From assembly GCA_945862455.1 (NCBI GenBank), contig CAMAXU010000002.1, positions 257 through 64,256 of the forward strand: a stretch of 64,000 nucleotides of DNA. Direction: 5' to 3'. Source of the DNA: Rickettsia typhi (GTDB lineage: Bacteria; Pseudomonadota; Alphaproteobacteria; Rickettsiales; UBA1997). The position numbers and the translations under genes were made by a program. This document shows, in pieces, positions 8,894-18,497 of this stretch (positions are counted from its first letter, which is position 1; the number at the start of each line of letters is the position of its first letter). The notes beneath the pieces were generated by a model. The model searched no databases, was not told the origin of the DNA, and saw only the letters and a list, made by a program, of their open reading frames with translations.

Positions 8894-10318
8894 TTAAAAG
8901 TGAATCACTTTTTGGTAAGCATCTAAAACCGCTTCATGCATCATTTCTGACATTGTTGGATGAGCAAAAATTGTATGCATTAAATCTTCTTCGGTTAATT
9001 CTGCCTGTTTCGCGATTACATAACCTTGAATCATCTCAGTAACTTCAGCGCCAATTAAATGCGCACCTAAAAGCTCACCAGTTTTTTCATCAAAAATAAC
9101 TTTAATTAAACCTTCGGTTTCACCCATCGCAATTGCTTTGCCATTCGCCATGTAAGGAAAGCGACCGACTTTAATTTTTTTACCGGCGGCAATTGCTTTT
9201 TTCTCAGTCAAGCCAACAGAAGCGATTTGCGGCATTGAATAAGTGCAACCCGGAATATTTTCTTTTTTGATCGGGTGAATTTTTTTGGCATCATGTTTAC
9301 CCATTTTGCTGGCAATTTTTTCAGCAGCAATAACACCTTCGTGAGATGCTTTGTGAGCCAGCCAAGGAGCGCCAGCAACGTCGCCAATTGCAAAAATATT
9401 GGCATCAGCAGTTTCTAAATAACCATTAATTTCGATATTGCCTTTAACCACTTTTACTTTGGTTTTTTCTAAACCTAAATTTTCAGTATTGGCAACAATT
9501 CCAACTGCCATTATAACTTTTTCAGCAGTAATTTCTTCCAATTTTCCAGCGATTTCAACTGATGCAGCAACTGATCCTTTGCCTTTTTTCAAAGATTTAA
9601 GCGCGGCGGAAGTGTAAATTTTAATGCCTTGTTTTTCGAAAGATTTGCGTGCCAATTTTGAAATTTCTTCATCTTCAACCGGAAGAATATTTTCTGCCAT
9701 TTCAATTAGTGTAACTTCTGAACCCATGTTTTTGTAGAATGAGGCAAATTCACAACCAATCGCGCCCGAGCCAACAACCAACAAAGATTTTGGTAAAGCT
9801 TTCGGAGTCATTGCTTCGCGGTAAGTCCAGATATTTTCCACATCAGGTTCCATGCCGGCAATCACACGCGCGCGCGCTCCTGTTGCGATGATGAAATAAG
9901 CAGCTTCAACTTGCGCAACTTCTTTATTATCTTTTGAAACCGAGATTTTTTTTGAATCTAAAAATTTGGCAAAGCCATCAATAACTTCGATTTTATTTTT
10001 CTTCATCAGACCACCAATTCCACCGCTTAATTTTTTAGAAACACTGCGTGAACGTTCAATAATTTTAGCAAAATCAAAAGTAATTTTTTCAGCGGCAAAG
10101 CCATATGATTCAAGGTTATGCAACATATGATTAACTTCTGAAGATTTCAAAAGCGCTTTGGTTGGAATGCAACCCCAGTTCAAACAAATTCCGCCTAAAT
10201 GATTAGCTTCAACAATACCAACTTTTAATCCAAGTTGAGCGGCGCGAATTGCAGCTACATAGCCGCCCGGACCAGCACCAATAACACAAAGGTCGAACTT
10301 TTTTGCTTGAGAAGTCAT
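8894..10318 (-). CDS. lpdA: dihydrolipoyl dehydrogenase (E3)
   Basis: GAGPGGYVAAIRAAQLG, redox-active CLNWGCIPTK, a second NAD fold VVGSGAIGCEFA, and C-terminal HAHPTMSE. Confidence 0.95.
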   Translation of the reverse strand: MTSQAKKFDLCVIGAGPGGYVAAIRAAQLGLKVGIVEANHLGGICLNWGCIPTKALLKSSEVNHMLHNLESYGFAAEKITFDFAKIIERSRSVSKKLSGGIGGLMKKNKIEVIDGFAKFLDSKKISVSKDNKEVAQVEAAYFIIATGARARVIAGMEPDVENIWTYREAMTPKALPKSLLVVGSGAIGCEFASFYKNMGSEVTLIEMAENILPVEDEEISKLARKSFEKQGIKIYTSAALKSLKKGKGSVAASVEIAGKLEEITAEKVIMAVGIVANTENLGLEKTKVKVVKGNIEINGYLETADANIFAIGDVAGAPWLAHKASHEGVIAAEKIASKMGKHDAKKIHPIKKENIPGCTYSMPQIASVGLTEKKAIAAGKKIKVGRFPYMANGKAIAMGETEGLIKVIFDEKTGELLGAHLIGAEVTEMIQGYVIAKQAELTEEDLMHTIFAHPTMSEMMHEAVLDAYQKVIHF

Positions 10319-10324
10319 AAAAAA

Positions 10325-10512
10325 TTTTAGATTTAAGATTTAGGGATTTATAATTAATCAAATTCGACTTTCGTCGAATTTGGGTTTTTTTGAATTGCTA
10401 CGCGGCGAGTTAATCGCCGCATCCGCAATAGATTTTATTTTTTTAAAAGATCGATATCTTCAATCAGTTTGACTATGGAACAAACATTAAATCCTAAATC
10501 TTAAATCTAAAA
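10325..10512. repeat. nested palindromic element, family PE-3
   Basis: TIRs ttttagatttaagatttagggattta / taaatcctaaatcttaaatctaaaa. The internal module aattaatcaaattcgactttcgtcgaatttgg..tgaattgctacgcggcg is also at 52363..52415. The internal module ttgcggatgcggcgattaactcgccgcgtagcaa has a relative at 12243..12285. Confidence 0.8.
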
Positions 10513-10522
10513 TCTAAAATCA

Positions 10523-11624
10523 ATGTCCGCAGAAATTGAAAATTTGATCAGCCAGGTTGAAACCTCACTGGCTTTGATTAAGAGGTGTCTTTGAGCCGGA
10601 AAAAATTAAAGAAAAATTAATAGAATTAAATCAAAAATCAGAAGATCCTGAATTGTGGAATGATAAAACAGAAGCACAAAAAATTCTTAAAGAGAAATCA
10701 ATTTTAGAAACCAAATTAAACCAATTTTTGGCAATTGAAACCAGCTTAAAAGATAATCGTGAATATGCAGAATTAGCAAAGTTGGAAAGTGATTTGCAGC
10801 TTTTAAAAGATATTGAAAAAACTTTAATTTCTCTCAAAAAAGAATCCGACAGTTTTGAAGTTGAATGTTTGTTTTCTGGCGAAACCGATTTAAATAATTG
10901 CTTCGTTGACATCAACGCTGGCGCTGGCGGAACTGATTCTTGTGATTTTGGCGTGATGTTGCTTCGTATGTACGAAAGATTTGCCAATTCCAAAAAATTT
11001 AAAGTAGAAATTGTCAGCATTTTAGATGGCGAAGAAGCTGGAATTCGCAGCGCTACAATGAAAATTTCAGGACGTTTTGCTTATGGTTGGATGAAGATGG
11101 AATCAGGAGTTCACCGCTTGGTTCGCATCTCGCCATTTAATGCTAATGGTAAAAGACAAACCAGCTTCACATCAGTTTGGGTTTATCCCGAAGTTGATGA
11201 TGAAATTGAAATCACGATTGAAGAAAAAGATTTGCGCGTTGACACTTTTCGCGCTTCTGGCGCTGGTGGACAACATGTTAATAAAACCGATTCTGCTGTG
11301 CGCATGACGCATTTGCCAACCAATATTGTTGTGCAATGTCAAAGTGATCGCTCGCAAATTCGCAATCGCGCCGAATGTATTAAAATGCTGAAATCGCGGC
11401 TTTTTGATTTGGAAATGAAAAAGAAAAAAGAAGCGCAATCGCTTTCAGAATCAGTTAAAACCGACAATAGTTGGGGTCATCAAATTCGCTCTTACGTGTT
11501 GCATCCTTACCAATTGGTGAAAGATTTGCGCACCGATTACGAAACAGGAAATATCCAAGCCGTTTTAGATGGCGAAATTGAAGGTTTTATCAAAGCAGCT
11601 TTGGCAGAAGGTTTAAAAAAATGA
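10523..11624 (+). CDS. prfB: peptide chain release factor 2, programmed +1 frameshift
   Basis: ORF0 MSAEIENLISQVETSLALIKRCL ends at in-frame TGA (10592..10594). The +1 frame continues EPEKIKEKLIELNQKSEDPELWND.. into the listed 10653..11624 ORF (SPF tripeptide, GGQHVNKTDSAVR). Confidence 0.93.
10581..10595 (+). promoter_or_regulatory. RF2 autoregulatory +1 frameshift site
   Basis: agaGGTGt CTT TGA g: an internal SD-like GAGG three nt upstream of the slippery CUU-UGA, matching the canonical prfB recoding cassette. Confidence 0.85.
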
Positions 11625-12232
11625 ATGAAAAATTAGTTAAAGTGCAAACTCTTTTTGAGCTAAAAAACTTCGCATTATCAAAAATAAAAATAATTAAGAA
11701 GCCCGTTACTCATACAGAAATACTATTTTACTACTCGGCTTATTTTTATTACTTCGACTCTTTGGTTGATTTTATGAAAAAAGATAGAATTTCCAAAAAT
11801 TTTACAGAAAAAATGGAAAAATCTTTTGGAAGCAATAACCGAGAATTTTTATCCAAAATAAGAAATTCATTTACACATCATGGTGAAATGATCAGTAGTA
11901 CTGTTCACGTTGGACATGATGGCGTGTTTTATCCCATTTGCTTTGAAGACGCGCAAAGATTTGATCCGCCAAAAACTTATTTATCGGAAATAATCGAATT
12001 TTGTGAAGAAAGAATAGGAAAAGTGATTTTGGAATCGCTTGAAGAGGCTCAATTATTTGGAAATAATATGAACGAAAACCAGATAAGGCGGGAAAATCTT
12101 CGAACTATTAATCGCATTAAAGAACATCAACATGTTCCAGATTTTGCGAAAACAAATTTCCCTTCTATAGATTTTAATAAAGTTATCTCAGATCAAGAAA
12201 ATACATTGAAAGAGCTTTTATTGAAAAAGTAA
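11621..12232 (+). CDS. hypothetical protein with Rx4H (HEPN-like) motif
   Basis: ATGA overlap with the prfB stop. The only motif seen is FLSKIRNSFTHHGE (R81-x4-H86). No other family recognised. Confidence 0.5.
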   Translation: MNEKLVKVQTLFELKNFALSKIKIIKKPVTHTEILFYYSAYFYYFDSLVDFMKKDRISKNFTEKMEKSFGSNNREFLSKIRNSFTHHGEMISSTVHVGHDGVFYPICFEDAQRFDPPKTYLSEIIEFCEERIGKVILESLEEAQLFGNNMNENQIRRENLRTINRIKEHQHVPDFAKTNFPSIDFNKVISDQENTLKELLLKK

Positions 12233-12321
12233 TAAAATTTATTTTGTTGCGGATGCGCGGATTTACTCCGCGCGGAGCAACTCAATTTTCCCTAAATTTT
12301 TGAAAAAAATTTAATTTATTT

Positions 12322-12774
12322 ATGCGCTGCCCATTTTGTGGAAATATGGAAACCCAAGTTAAAGATAGTCGCATTTCTGATGATGGCGAATCAATCAAGA
12401 GAAGACGTTATTGTGCTGCTTGTGATTCTAGGTTTACAACTTACGAGCGCGTGCAATTGCGTGAAATTTTGGTGATTAAAAAAAATGGCGAAAAGAAAAT
12501 TTTTGATCCGGAAAAATTGAAAAAATCAATTGAAATGGCGGTGCGTAAAAGGCCGGTTTCTGAGCTTCAGGTTGAAAAATTAGTGAATAATATTGTGCGT
12601 CAATTGGAGATGGAAAGTGAAACTGAAATTGCCTCATCAAAAATCGGCGAAATGGTGATGATGGCGCTGGAAAAGCTGGATAAGGTTGCTTTTGTGCGTT
12701 TTGCTTCGGTTTATAAAAATTTTGAAAAAGCTGATGATTTCCAAAAATTTATTAAACAGGTGGTAAAACAATGA
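12322..12774 (+). CDS. nrdR: transcriptional repressor NrdR
   Basis: MRCPFCG....V.DSR...DG..I+RRR.C..C..RFTT.E zinc ribbon plus ATP-cone. Confidence 0.95.
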   Translation: MRCPFCGNMETQVKDSRISDDGESIKRRRYCAACDSRFTTYERVQLREILVIKKNGEKKIFDPEKLKKSIEMAVRKRPVSELQVEKLVNNIVRQLEMESETEIASSKIGEMVMMALEKLDKVAFVRFASVYKNFEKADDFQKFIKQVVKQ

Positions 12775-13643
12775 GCAAAGATATTACGGAAGCGCTGCGT
12801 TTCTATCTCGATAATAATTTAGATGAAGTGGTTGCGGAAAATCCGCAAAATTATTTTGCACAAAAAGACAAAATAAAAAAACCAATCGAAACAAAAAAAC
12901 CTGTAGCTTCAAATACGCCACCAATTCAAAATTTTGTTCGACCACAATTTTCAACAAGTGAGGCACTTTCAACTTTGGCTAAAAAATCTTTACAAATTCC
13001 GGCTTCAGATCAGAAATTTCAATCATTAAATGAAATTGTAGCCAAGGCTAAAAAAGCTGCTGACGCGTCGCAAAATCTTGCTGAATTACGCAAAGCAGTC
13101 GAAAATTTTGATGGCTGTAATTTAAAAAAAATGGCGACAAATACAGTTTTTTCTGACGGCAGCTCTAATTCCAAAATAATGGTTATTGGCGAAGCGCCCG
13201 GAAATCATGAAGATTTGCAAGGTATTCCATTTTGCGGTGATTCAGGAAAAGTTTTGGACGACATGTTTCGCGCCATCAACATGACGCGCCAAGAAAATTT
13301 CTATATTACCAATGTGATCTTTTGGCGACCACCCGGAAATCGCCGCCCGACTGATGAAGAATTAGCAATTTGTCGCCCTTTTGTGGAGCGTCATATTCAA
13401 CTTTTAAATCCGGAAGTTTTGGTTTTAGTTGGCGCAACTTCAATGGCGGCGGTGCTTGGAATTCATGATCCAATTGGTCAAGTGCGTGGAAAATTTATGG
13501 ATTACGCGCCGAAATTTTTATCGCGCCCAATAAAAAGTTTCACGATTTTTCATCCATCTTATTTAATGCGTCAATCTTCTAAGAAAAAAGTGGCGTGGCT
13601 TGATATGTTGGCGCTGGAAGAATTTTTAAAAACTAAAAAATAA
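12771..13643 (+). CDS. uracil-DNA glycosylase, family 4 (long N-terminal extension)
   Basis: GEAPGNHEDLQGIPFCGDSGKVLD, ..NVIFWRPPGNR.P and HPSYLMR motifs in the C-terminal half. Confidence 0.85.
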   Translation: MSKDITEALRFYLDNNLDEVVAENPQNYFAQKDKIKKPIETKKPVASNTPPIQNFVRPQFSTSEALSTLAKKSLQIPASDQKFQSLNEIVAKAKKAADASQNLAELRKAVENFDGCNLKKMATNTVFSDGSSNSKIMVIGEAPGNHEDLQGIPFCGDSGKVLDDMFRAINMTRQENFYITNVIFWRPPGNRRPTDEELAICRPFVERHIQLLNPEVLVLVGATSMAAVLGIHDPIGQVRGKFMDYAPKFLSRPIKSFTIFHPSYLMRQSSKKKVAWLDMLALEEFLKTKK

Positions 13644-14563
13644 TGCAAAAACAACTTTTACCCGTTGGATTTTACGATCTGCTTTTCGATGAAGCGGAAA
13701 AAAATCATGAAAATATTAACACAGCTTTAGGCGCGTTTTTAAAGGCTGGATATCGTTTGGTGAAAACTCCGCTTGTTGAATTTGAAGATAATTTTTCTAG
13801 CGAACAAATGAAAAATTCTTTTCGTGCAACCGATGTTATTTCAGGGAAAAATCTGATTTTTAGAAATGATATTACGCTGCAAATTTCACGACTTTTGGCA
13901 ACGCGTTTAAAAGAAGAAAAATTGCCCTTAAAACTTTGTTATGTTGGTGATGTGCTTTGTGCAAAAAGCGAAAATCTTTATGCTGATCGTCAACAAACCC
14001 AAGTTGGAGTTGAGTTGATAGGCTGCGACAAAGAAAAATCAAATTTAGAAATTGTTGAAACTTTGTTGATCGCGCTAAAAAAATTAGAGATGAAAAATTT
14101 ATTAATTGAATTTTCTTTGCCCAATTTTTTAGGAATTTTTTTGGATGAAATTGGAATTAAAGAAAAAGTTGAGCTTCGCGAAGCAGTGATGAAAAAAAAT
14201 CTTTCAATTATCAAAAATCTTGCTGGAAAAAATGCTGAAATAATCAGCAAAATCGCCACTTCTAACGATGATTTAGAAAATCTGGTTCAAGAAATTTTGG
14301 CGCAAATTAAATCGCCAAAAATTGTGGAAGAGTTGGAAAAAGCTCAAGCAATTTCGGTATTTTTGAAAGAAAAATTTTCCGAGGTGAAAACCCGTTTTGA
14401 TTTATTTGGCGATCATGAATCTTCATATCACAGCGGAATTTCTTTTGATGTTTTTAGTGGTGATTTTTCTTACGCAATTGCCCGCGGCGGAAGATATGAA
14501 ATTGAAAAACTCGATGCAGTTGGAGCAACAATTTACATGAATCGTTTGCGCAGAATTGGGTAG
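13643..14563 (+). CDS. hisZ: ATP phosphoribosyltransferase regulatory subunit (HisRS-like) HisZ
   Basis: LLPVGFYDLL.DEA, GY.LVKTP.VEFED, FRNDITLQISRL, and YVGDV.....Q..Q.GVELIG class-II aaRS-like blocks without an anticodon-binding domain. It is shorter than typical HisZ. Confidence 0.6.
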   Translation: MQKQLLPVGFYDLLFDEAEKNHENINTALGAFLKAGYRLVKTPLVEFEDNFSSEQMKNSFRATDVISGKNLIFRNDITLQISRLLATRLKEEKLPLKLCYVGDVLCAKSENLYADRQQTQVGVELIGCDKEKSNLEIVETLLIALKKLEMKNLLIEFSLPNFLGIFLDEIGIKEKVELREAVMKKNLSIIKNLAGKNAEIISKIATSNDDLENLVQEILAQIKSPKIVEELEKAQAISVFLKEKFSEVKTRFDLFGDHESSYHSGISFDVFSGDFSYAIARGGRYEIEKLDAVGATIYMNRLRRIG

Positions 14564-14567
14564 AAAT

Positions 14568-14903
14568 CTATAAGCCAAAAACTTTTTGCGCAGTTCCAAA
14601 TAAAGCCAAAAGCCCGCTCATGATGACTGACATTTTGATTATGATGTGAGATTCCATGAGTTTCATTTCGGTTCTGACGAGAGCAAATTCTTGCCTAATT
14701 TCTTTTCTGAGTAAGGTAAATTCAGATTCGCTTTTTTTCTCCAAATCTAAAACATCCTGCTTCGTTGCTAAATTACTTTCATTTAATTCCGTAACAATTT
14801 CGGCATGAGTTTCAGCTTGTTCTTGTGTGAAACCGACTTTTTTAAGGCGGTGCATTATTTCGATTTGTGTGAGTGGATGTGGCATAGTTTGTAGTGATAG
14901 CAT
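14568..14903 (-). CDS. DUF1640-like coiled-coil membrane protein
   Basis: L+KVGFT.EQAE..AE.....E..LATKQD...LE, then a C-terminal TM helix. The start could be M7 (14885). Confidence 0.6.
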   Translation of the reverse strand: MLSLQTMPHPLTQIEIMHRLKKVGFTQEQAETHAEIVTELNESNLATKQDVLDLEKKSESEFTLLRKEIRQEFALVRTEMKLMESHIIIKMSVIMSGLLALFGTAQKVFGL

Positions 14904-14998
14904 AAGTTGGTGGAACTTAAGGGTTAATAATTTCGCTAACTTGGTTTTAGTTAGTTGAAGCGGAAATTATTTAACCAAAAATATTTGTCAAATAACAA

Positions 14999-15949
14999 TT
15001 ACAACCACTTATTACGTTTGAAAACCCAGATCGTGGCAATTGAAGCTACAGCCATCAGCGTTAGCGCGAAAGGATAACCCAACATCCAATCTAATTCCGG
15101 CATGATTTTGAAGTTCATTCCATAAATGCTCGCGATCAATGTTGGTGGCATAAAAATCAAAGAGGCAACGGTGAAAATTTTGATAACCTTATTTTGTTCA
15201 ATATTAATCAAACCAATAAAGCTGTTTTGTAGATATTCTAAACGTGTGAAATTGAAATTGGCGTGCTCAATTAGTGAATTGATATCTTTTACGATAATGC
15301 GTAAACGGTTGTAATTTTCGACCATCAAATCTTCATTTCTATGAAGCGAAGAAATCACGCGCTGCTTATCAAACAATGCTTCGCGCAATGACATTGTTAA
15401 TTCCTGACATTCATTAATCCGCAAAATCATCTTTTCGTCGAGATTTTGATTATAATTAATTTTTCTGCTGATTTCAGCGGTATAACGCGAAACTGATTCA
15501 ATTAAATCAGCATCAAAATCAACGCGCGCTTCCATCAAGGCGATTAAAATTTTTGACGGATTAGAAAAAATCGCTGGAAATTGTTTAATTTTTTTAATGG
15601 TTTCAGAAATCACTTTGCTTTCAAAATAACGCAAACTGAAAAGCACTTTTTCAGTGACGATAAATGAAATTTCACTTTCTTCTAATTTGCTGGTTTGCGG
15701 AATTAAATTAATGAAAGTCGAGTTGATTTTAATGATGCCAGAATTTTCTAAATAGCGCGAACTAGTTTCGATTTCTTCTTGTTGTTGGCGGGTTGGGAAA
15801 GTTATTTTGTAAAATTCTTCAACCTGTTTAATTTCGTCAATTGTTGGATTTTGCAAATCAATCCAAACCGCTTGCGCTAAATCTTCCACTTCATCGAGAG
15901 AGAAAACTTTTTGCTGATTATATTCTGGCAGGTGAAAAATTCTGATCAT
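14999..15949 (-). CDS. corA: magnesium/cobalt transporter CorA
   Basis: C-terminal two TM helices with the YGMNF signature (IYGMNFKIMPE). Confidence 0.9.
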   Translation of the reverse strand: MIRIFHLPEYNQQKVFSLDEVEDLAQAVWIDLQNPTIDEIKQVEEFYKITFPTRQQQEEIETSSRYLENSGIIKINSTFINLIPQTSKLEESEISFIVTEKVLFSLRYFESKVISETIKKIKQFPAIFSNPSKILIALMEARVDFDADLIESVSRYTAEISRKINYNQNLDEKMILRINECQELTMSLREALFDKQRVISSLHRNEDLMVENYNRLRIIVKDINSLIEHANFNFTRLEYLQNSFIGLINIEQNKVIKIFTVASLIFMPPTLIASIYGMNFKIMPELDWMLGYPFALTLMAVASIATIWVFKRNKWL

Positions 15950-15962
15950 AATCTAATCCTTT

Positions 15963-18284
15963 TTAAAAACTTGTTCCAAAACTAAATCGGAAATTCTGGG
16001 TTTGATCATAAACTTCACGCTTGGCGACTTTAGCAAAATCTAGGCGGATTGGGCCCAAAGGCGAAGACCAGGCGAGACTAAAGCCATAAGATGAACGTAG
16101 AGATCCGGAATCTGCAACTTGAGTTCCTTTTTTACTGATTGAGTCAACTCCTTTTACCGTGCCATTATCGCTAAAGAGAATGCCGTTAATTCCCAATTCT
16201 TTTGGCAAACCAAGCGGAAAGCGAAATTCTGCGGTTCCGACATAATAAATTTTACCACCGATTACACCGCCGCCAACTGCGCTGCCATTGGTTAAAGCGC
16301 GTGGTCCAATACCAGCATATTGGAAACCGCGGAAGTTGTTGCCTCCTAAAAAGAAACCGTAATTGCTACGAACTCCAGTTCCGTCAACTGCCTCAATCGC
16401 ACCACCGCGAACCAAAAATTTCAAGATAAAATCTTCGCTAAAAGTTGGTAAATAATATCCGGCTGAACCTTCGTGTTTAATAGTTTTGATATCGCCACCC
16501 AAGCCGGAATATTCCTGACTTCCTGAAAGATAATAACCGTTTTTCGGATTCATGCTGTTGTCGCGTCTATCATAAAGAAGGCTTTGACCGACGGCGGAAT
16601 TTACGAAACTGCCTTCCAAATTTCTCACGCCTATAGTTGCAGCTGAGTCAACATTACTGATGGTTTGTTGACTTAAAGAATAGTGAATTTGATGCGACAA
16701 AAATTCGGTGATTGCGTAATTTCCGCGGAAAGTTGCGCCGCTAGAATCTTGATCGTAAATCAAGGTATTACGTTTATTTTGTTGATATTTGAAAAGGTCA
16801 AAACCGACATCAATTTGGTGATCCATGAAATAAGGTTTGGTGTAATTTATTTCGCCAGTAAAATTGCTATAAGATTTTTGGATATTTAGACCCAATTCCT
16901 GACCCGTTCCATTCAAATTGCGCTCTTTGATTCCAGCGTTGGTCGTAACTTTATTTATGGTTGAATAACCAAGTCCTAAATTTAATTCGCCGGTTTTTTT
17001 CTCTTTTATTTCAATTTCCAAATCGACCTTGTCACTGTTGCCGAGCCTTTTGGTATTGAAAGTAACTTTTTCAAAAAATCCGAGATTTTCCAAGCGTTGT
17101 TTTGAACGGTTGATTTTAGTGATATTGTAAGGATCGCCTTCGCGCAGGCGTAACTCGCGGCGAATAACTTCATCCAAAGTTCGAGTGTTTCCGGTAATGT
17201 GGATTTGATTTATATAAATGCGTGGAGTCTCGTTAATTACAAAATCAATATTCATGATTTTTTTCTCGCGATCACGTTTTAAAACTGGTTCAATATTGGC
17301 GAAGGCGTAAGATTTTTCTGACAAAATTTCGACCATTTTTTCAACGGTTTTTTCAATTAATTCTGAGTTAAAAACTTTGTCTTTTTTAATCAGAATTTCT
17401 TTTTCTAAAATACTAGCATCAAGCTTTTCGATGTGATTAACTATATTTACTTCTCCAACGTTATATTTAATGCCTTCTTCGAGTAAGAAAGTTATGAAAA
17501 ATTTATCTTTGGTTGGTGCGATTTGCGCAATTGAAGAAATCGCAGCAAAATCGGCGTAGCCTTTAGAGCCATAAAAGCGGCGTAATTTTTCTTTATCAAA
17601 TTCAACGCGGTCAGAATCATAAGTGTCAGCGGAAGATAAAAATTTCCACCATTTGCTGCGCGCCGTTGTAATTTCTTCGGATAATTCCTTATCGGAATAA
17701 GCTTCATTGCCCACGAAATAAATATCGGCGATTTTGGCTTTTGACCCTTCAAAAATATCAAAAATCAACTCAATTCTATTTTGTTCTTTTTGAATAATTT
17801 TTGGTTCAACTTTGGCTAAAAATCGTCCGGATTTTAAGTAAATATCATTGATGCGCTTGAGATCATTTTGCAATTTTGCTTTTGTGAAAACCGAGCGTTT
17901 TTTTAAAGAAATTTCACTTTGCAAAGCTTCATCTTCAATCTTTTTATTTCCGACAATTTTGACATCGGAAATTATTGGATTTTCTTTTACTTCAACAACA
18001 ACCTGACCATTTTCGTGGTAAATTTTTGATTCAGAAAAAAGATCAGATTCATAAAGTTTTTTTAATGAATTCTGAACTGCTTTTTCCAAGCCTTTTTCTA
18101 AGGCATCAATATCGAGATAAGAATTTATGGTTTCTTCATCAATTCTTTCATTTCCCTTGATAATAATGGCTTTAGAAGTGGTTTTTTTAACTAGCTGGGC
18201 TTTAGCGAAGGCAGAAAAATTGCACAAAAAAAACGGCAAAAACAGAGACAGGAACAAAGTTGTTTTTGCAGAGTTTTTTAGCAT
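15963..18284 (-). CDS. bamA: outer membrane protein assembly factor BamA
   Basis: Signal peptide, five POTRA-like repeats (I..I.I.GN....), and a C-terminal beta-barrel ending ..NFRFSFGTSF. Confidence 0.93.
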   Translation of the reverse strand: MLKNSAKTTLFLSLFLPFFLCNFSAFAKAQLVKKTTSKAIIIKGNERIDEETINSYLDIDALEKGLEKAVQNSLKKLYESDLFSESKIYHENGQVVVEVKENPIISDVKIVGNKKIEDEALQSEISLKKRSVFTKAKLQNDLKRINDIYLKSGRFLAKVEPKIIQKEQNRIELIFDIFEGSKAKIADIYFVGNEAYSDKELSEEITTARSKWWKFLSSADTYDSDRVEFDKEKLRRFYGSKGYADFAAISSIAQIAPTKDKFFITFLLEEGIKYNVGEVNIVNHIEKLDASILEKEILIKKDKVFNSELIEKTVEKMVEILSEKSYAFANIEPVLKRDREKKIMNIDFVINETPRIYINQIHITGNTRTLDEVIRRELRLREGDPYNITKINRSKQRLENLGFFEKVTFNTKRLGNSDKVDLEIEIKEKKTGELNLGLGYSTINKVTTNAGIKERNLNGTGQELGLNIQKSYSNFTGEINYTKPYFMDHQIDVGFDLFKYQQNKRNTLIYDQDSSGATFRGNYAITEFLSHQIHYSLSQQTISNVDSAATIGVRNLEGSFVNSAVGQSLLYDRRDNSMNPKNGYYLSGSQEYSGLGGDIKTIKHEGSAGYYLPTFSEDFILKFLVRGGAIEAVDGTGVRSNYGFFLGGNNFRGFQYAGIGPRALTNGSAVGGGVIGGKIYYVGTAEFRFPLGLPKELGINGILFSDNGTVKGVDSISKKGTQVADSGSLRSSYGFSLAWSSPLGPIRLDFAKVAKREVYDQTQNFRFSFGTSF

Positions 18285-18497
18285 TTATTTTGTTTATCAT
18301 GTAGAGTGTTGGGAAGGAAGATTTTATTTAACATATTTTGCAGTTTTTATGATTTCAACACCTTAAACCGGACGCAATTCCATTCTGACTTAACGCGAAA
18401 AAAAATTTGACTTTTGCAAAAAAAACCTGACTATCTCGCCCGCTTATCTAAGCGATATAACCGTTCCTGCATGGCTAATAATAACTAAACGACGGAT

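Noticed and set aside
10631-11020. 129-aa ORF antisense to prfB
   Set aside because: It lies fully inside the well-supported RF2 coding region on the opposite strand.
18127-18366. 79-aa plus-strand ORF at the bamA 5' end
   Set aside because: It is largely antisense to the bamA signal-peptide region, with no support.
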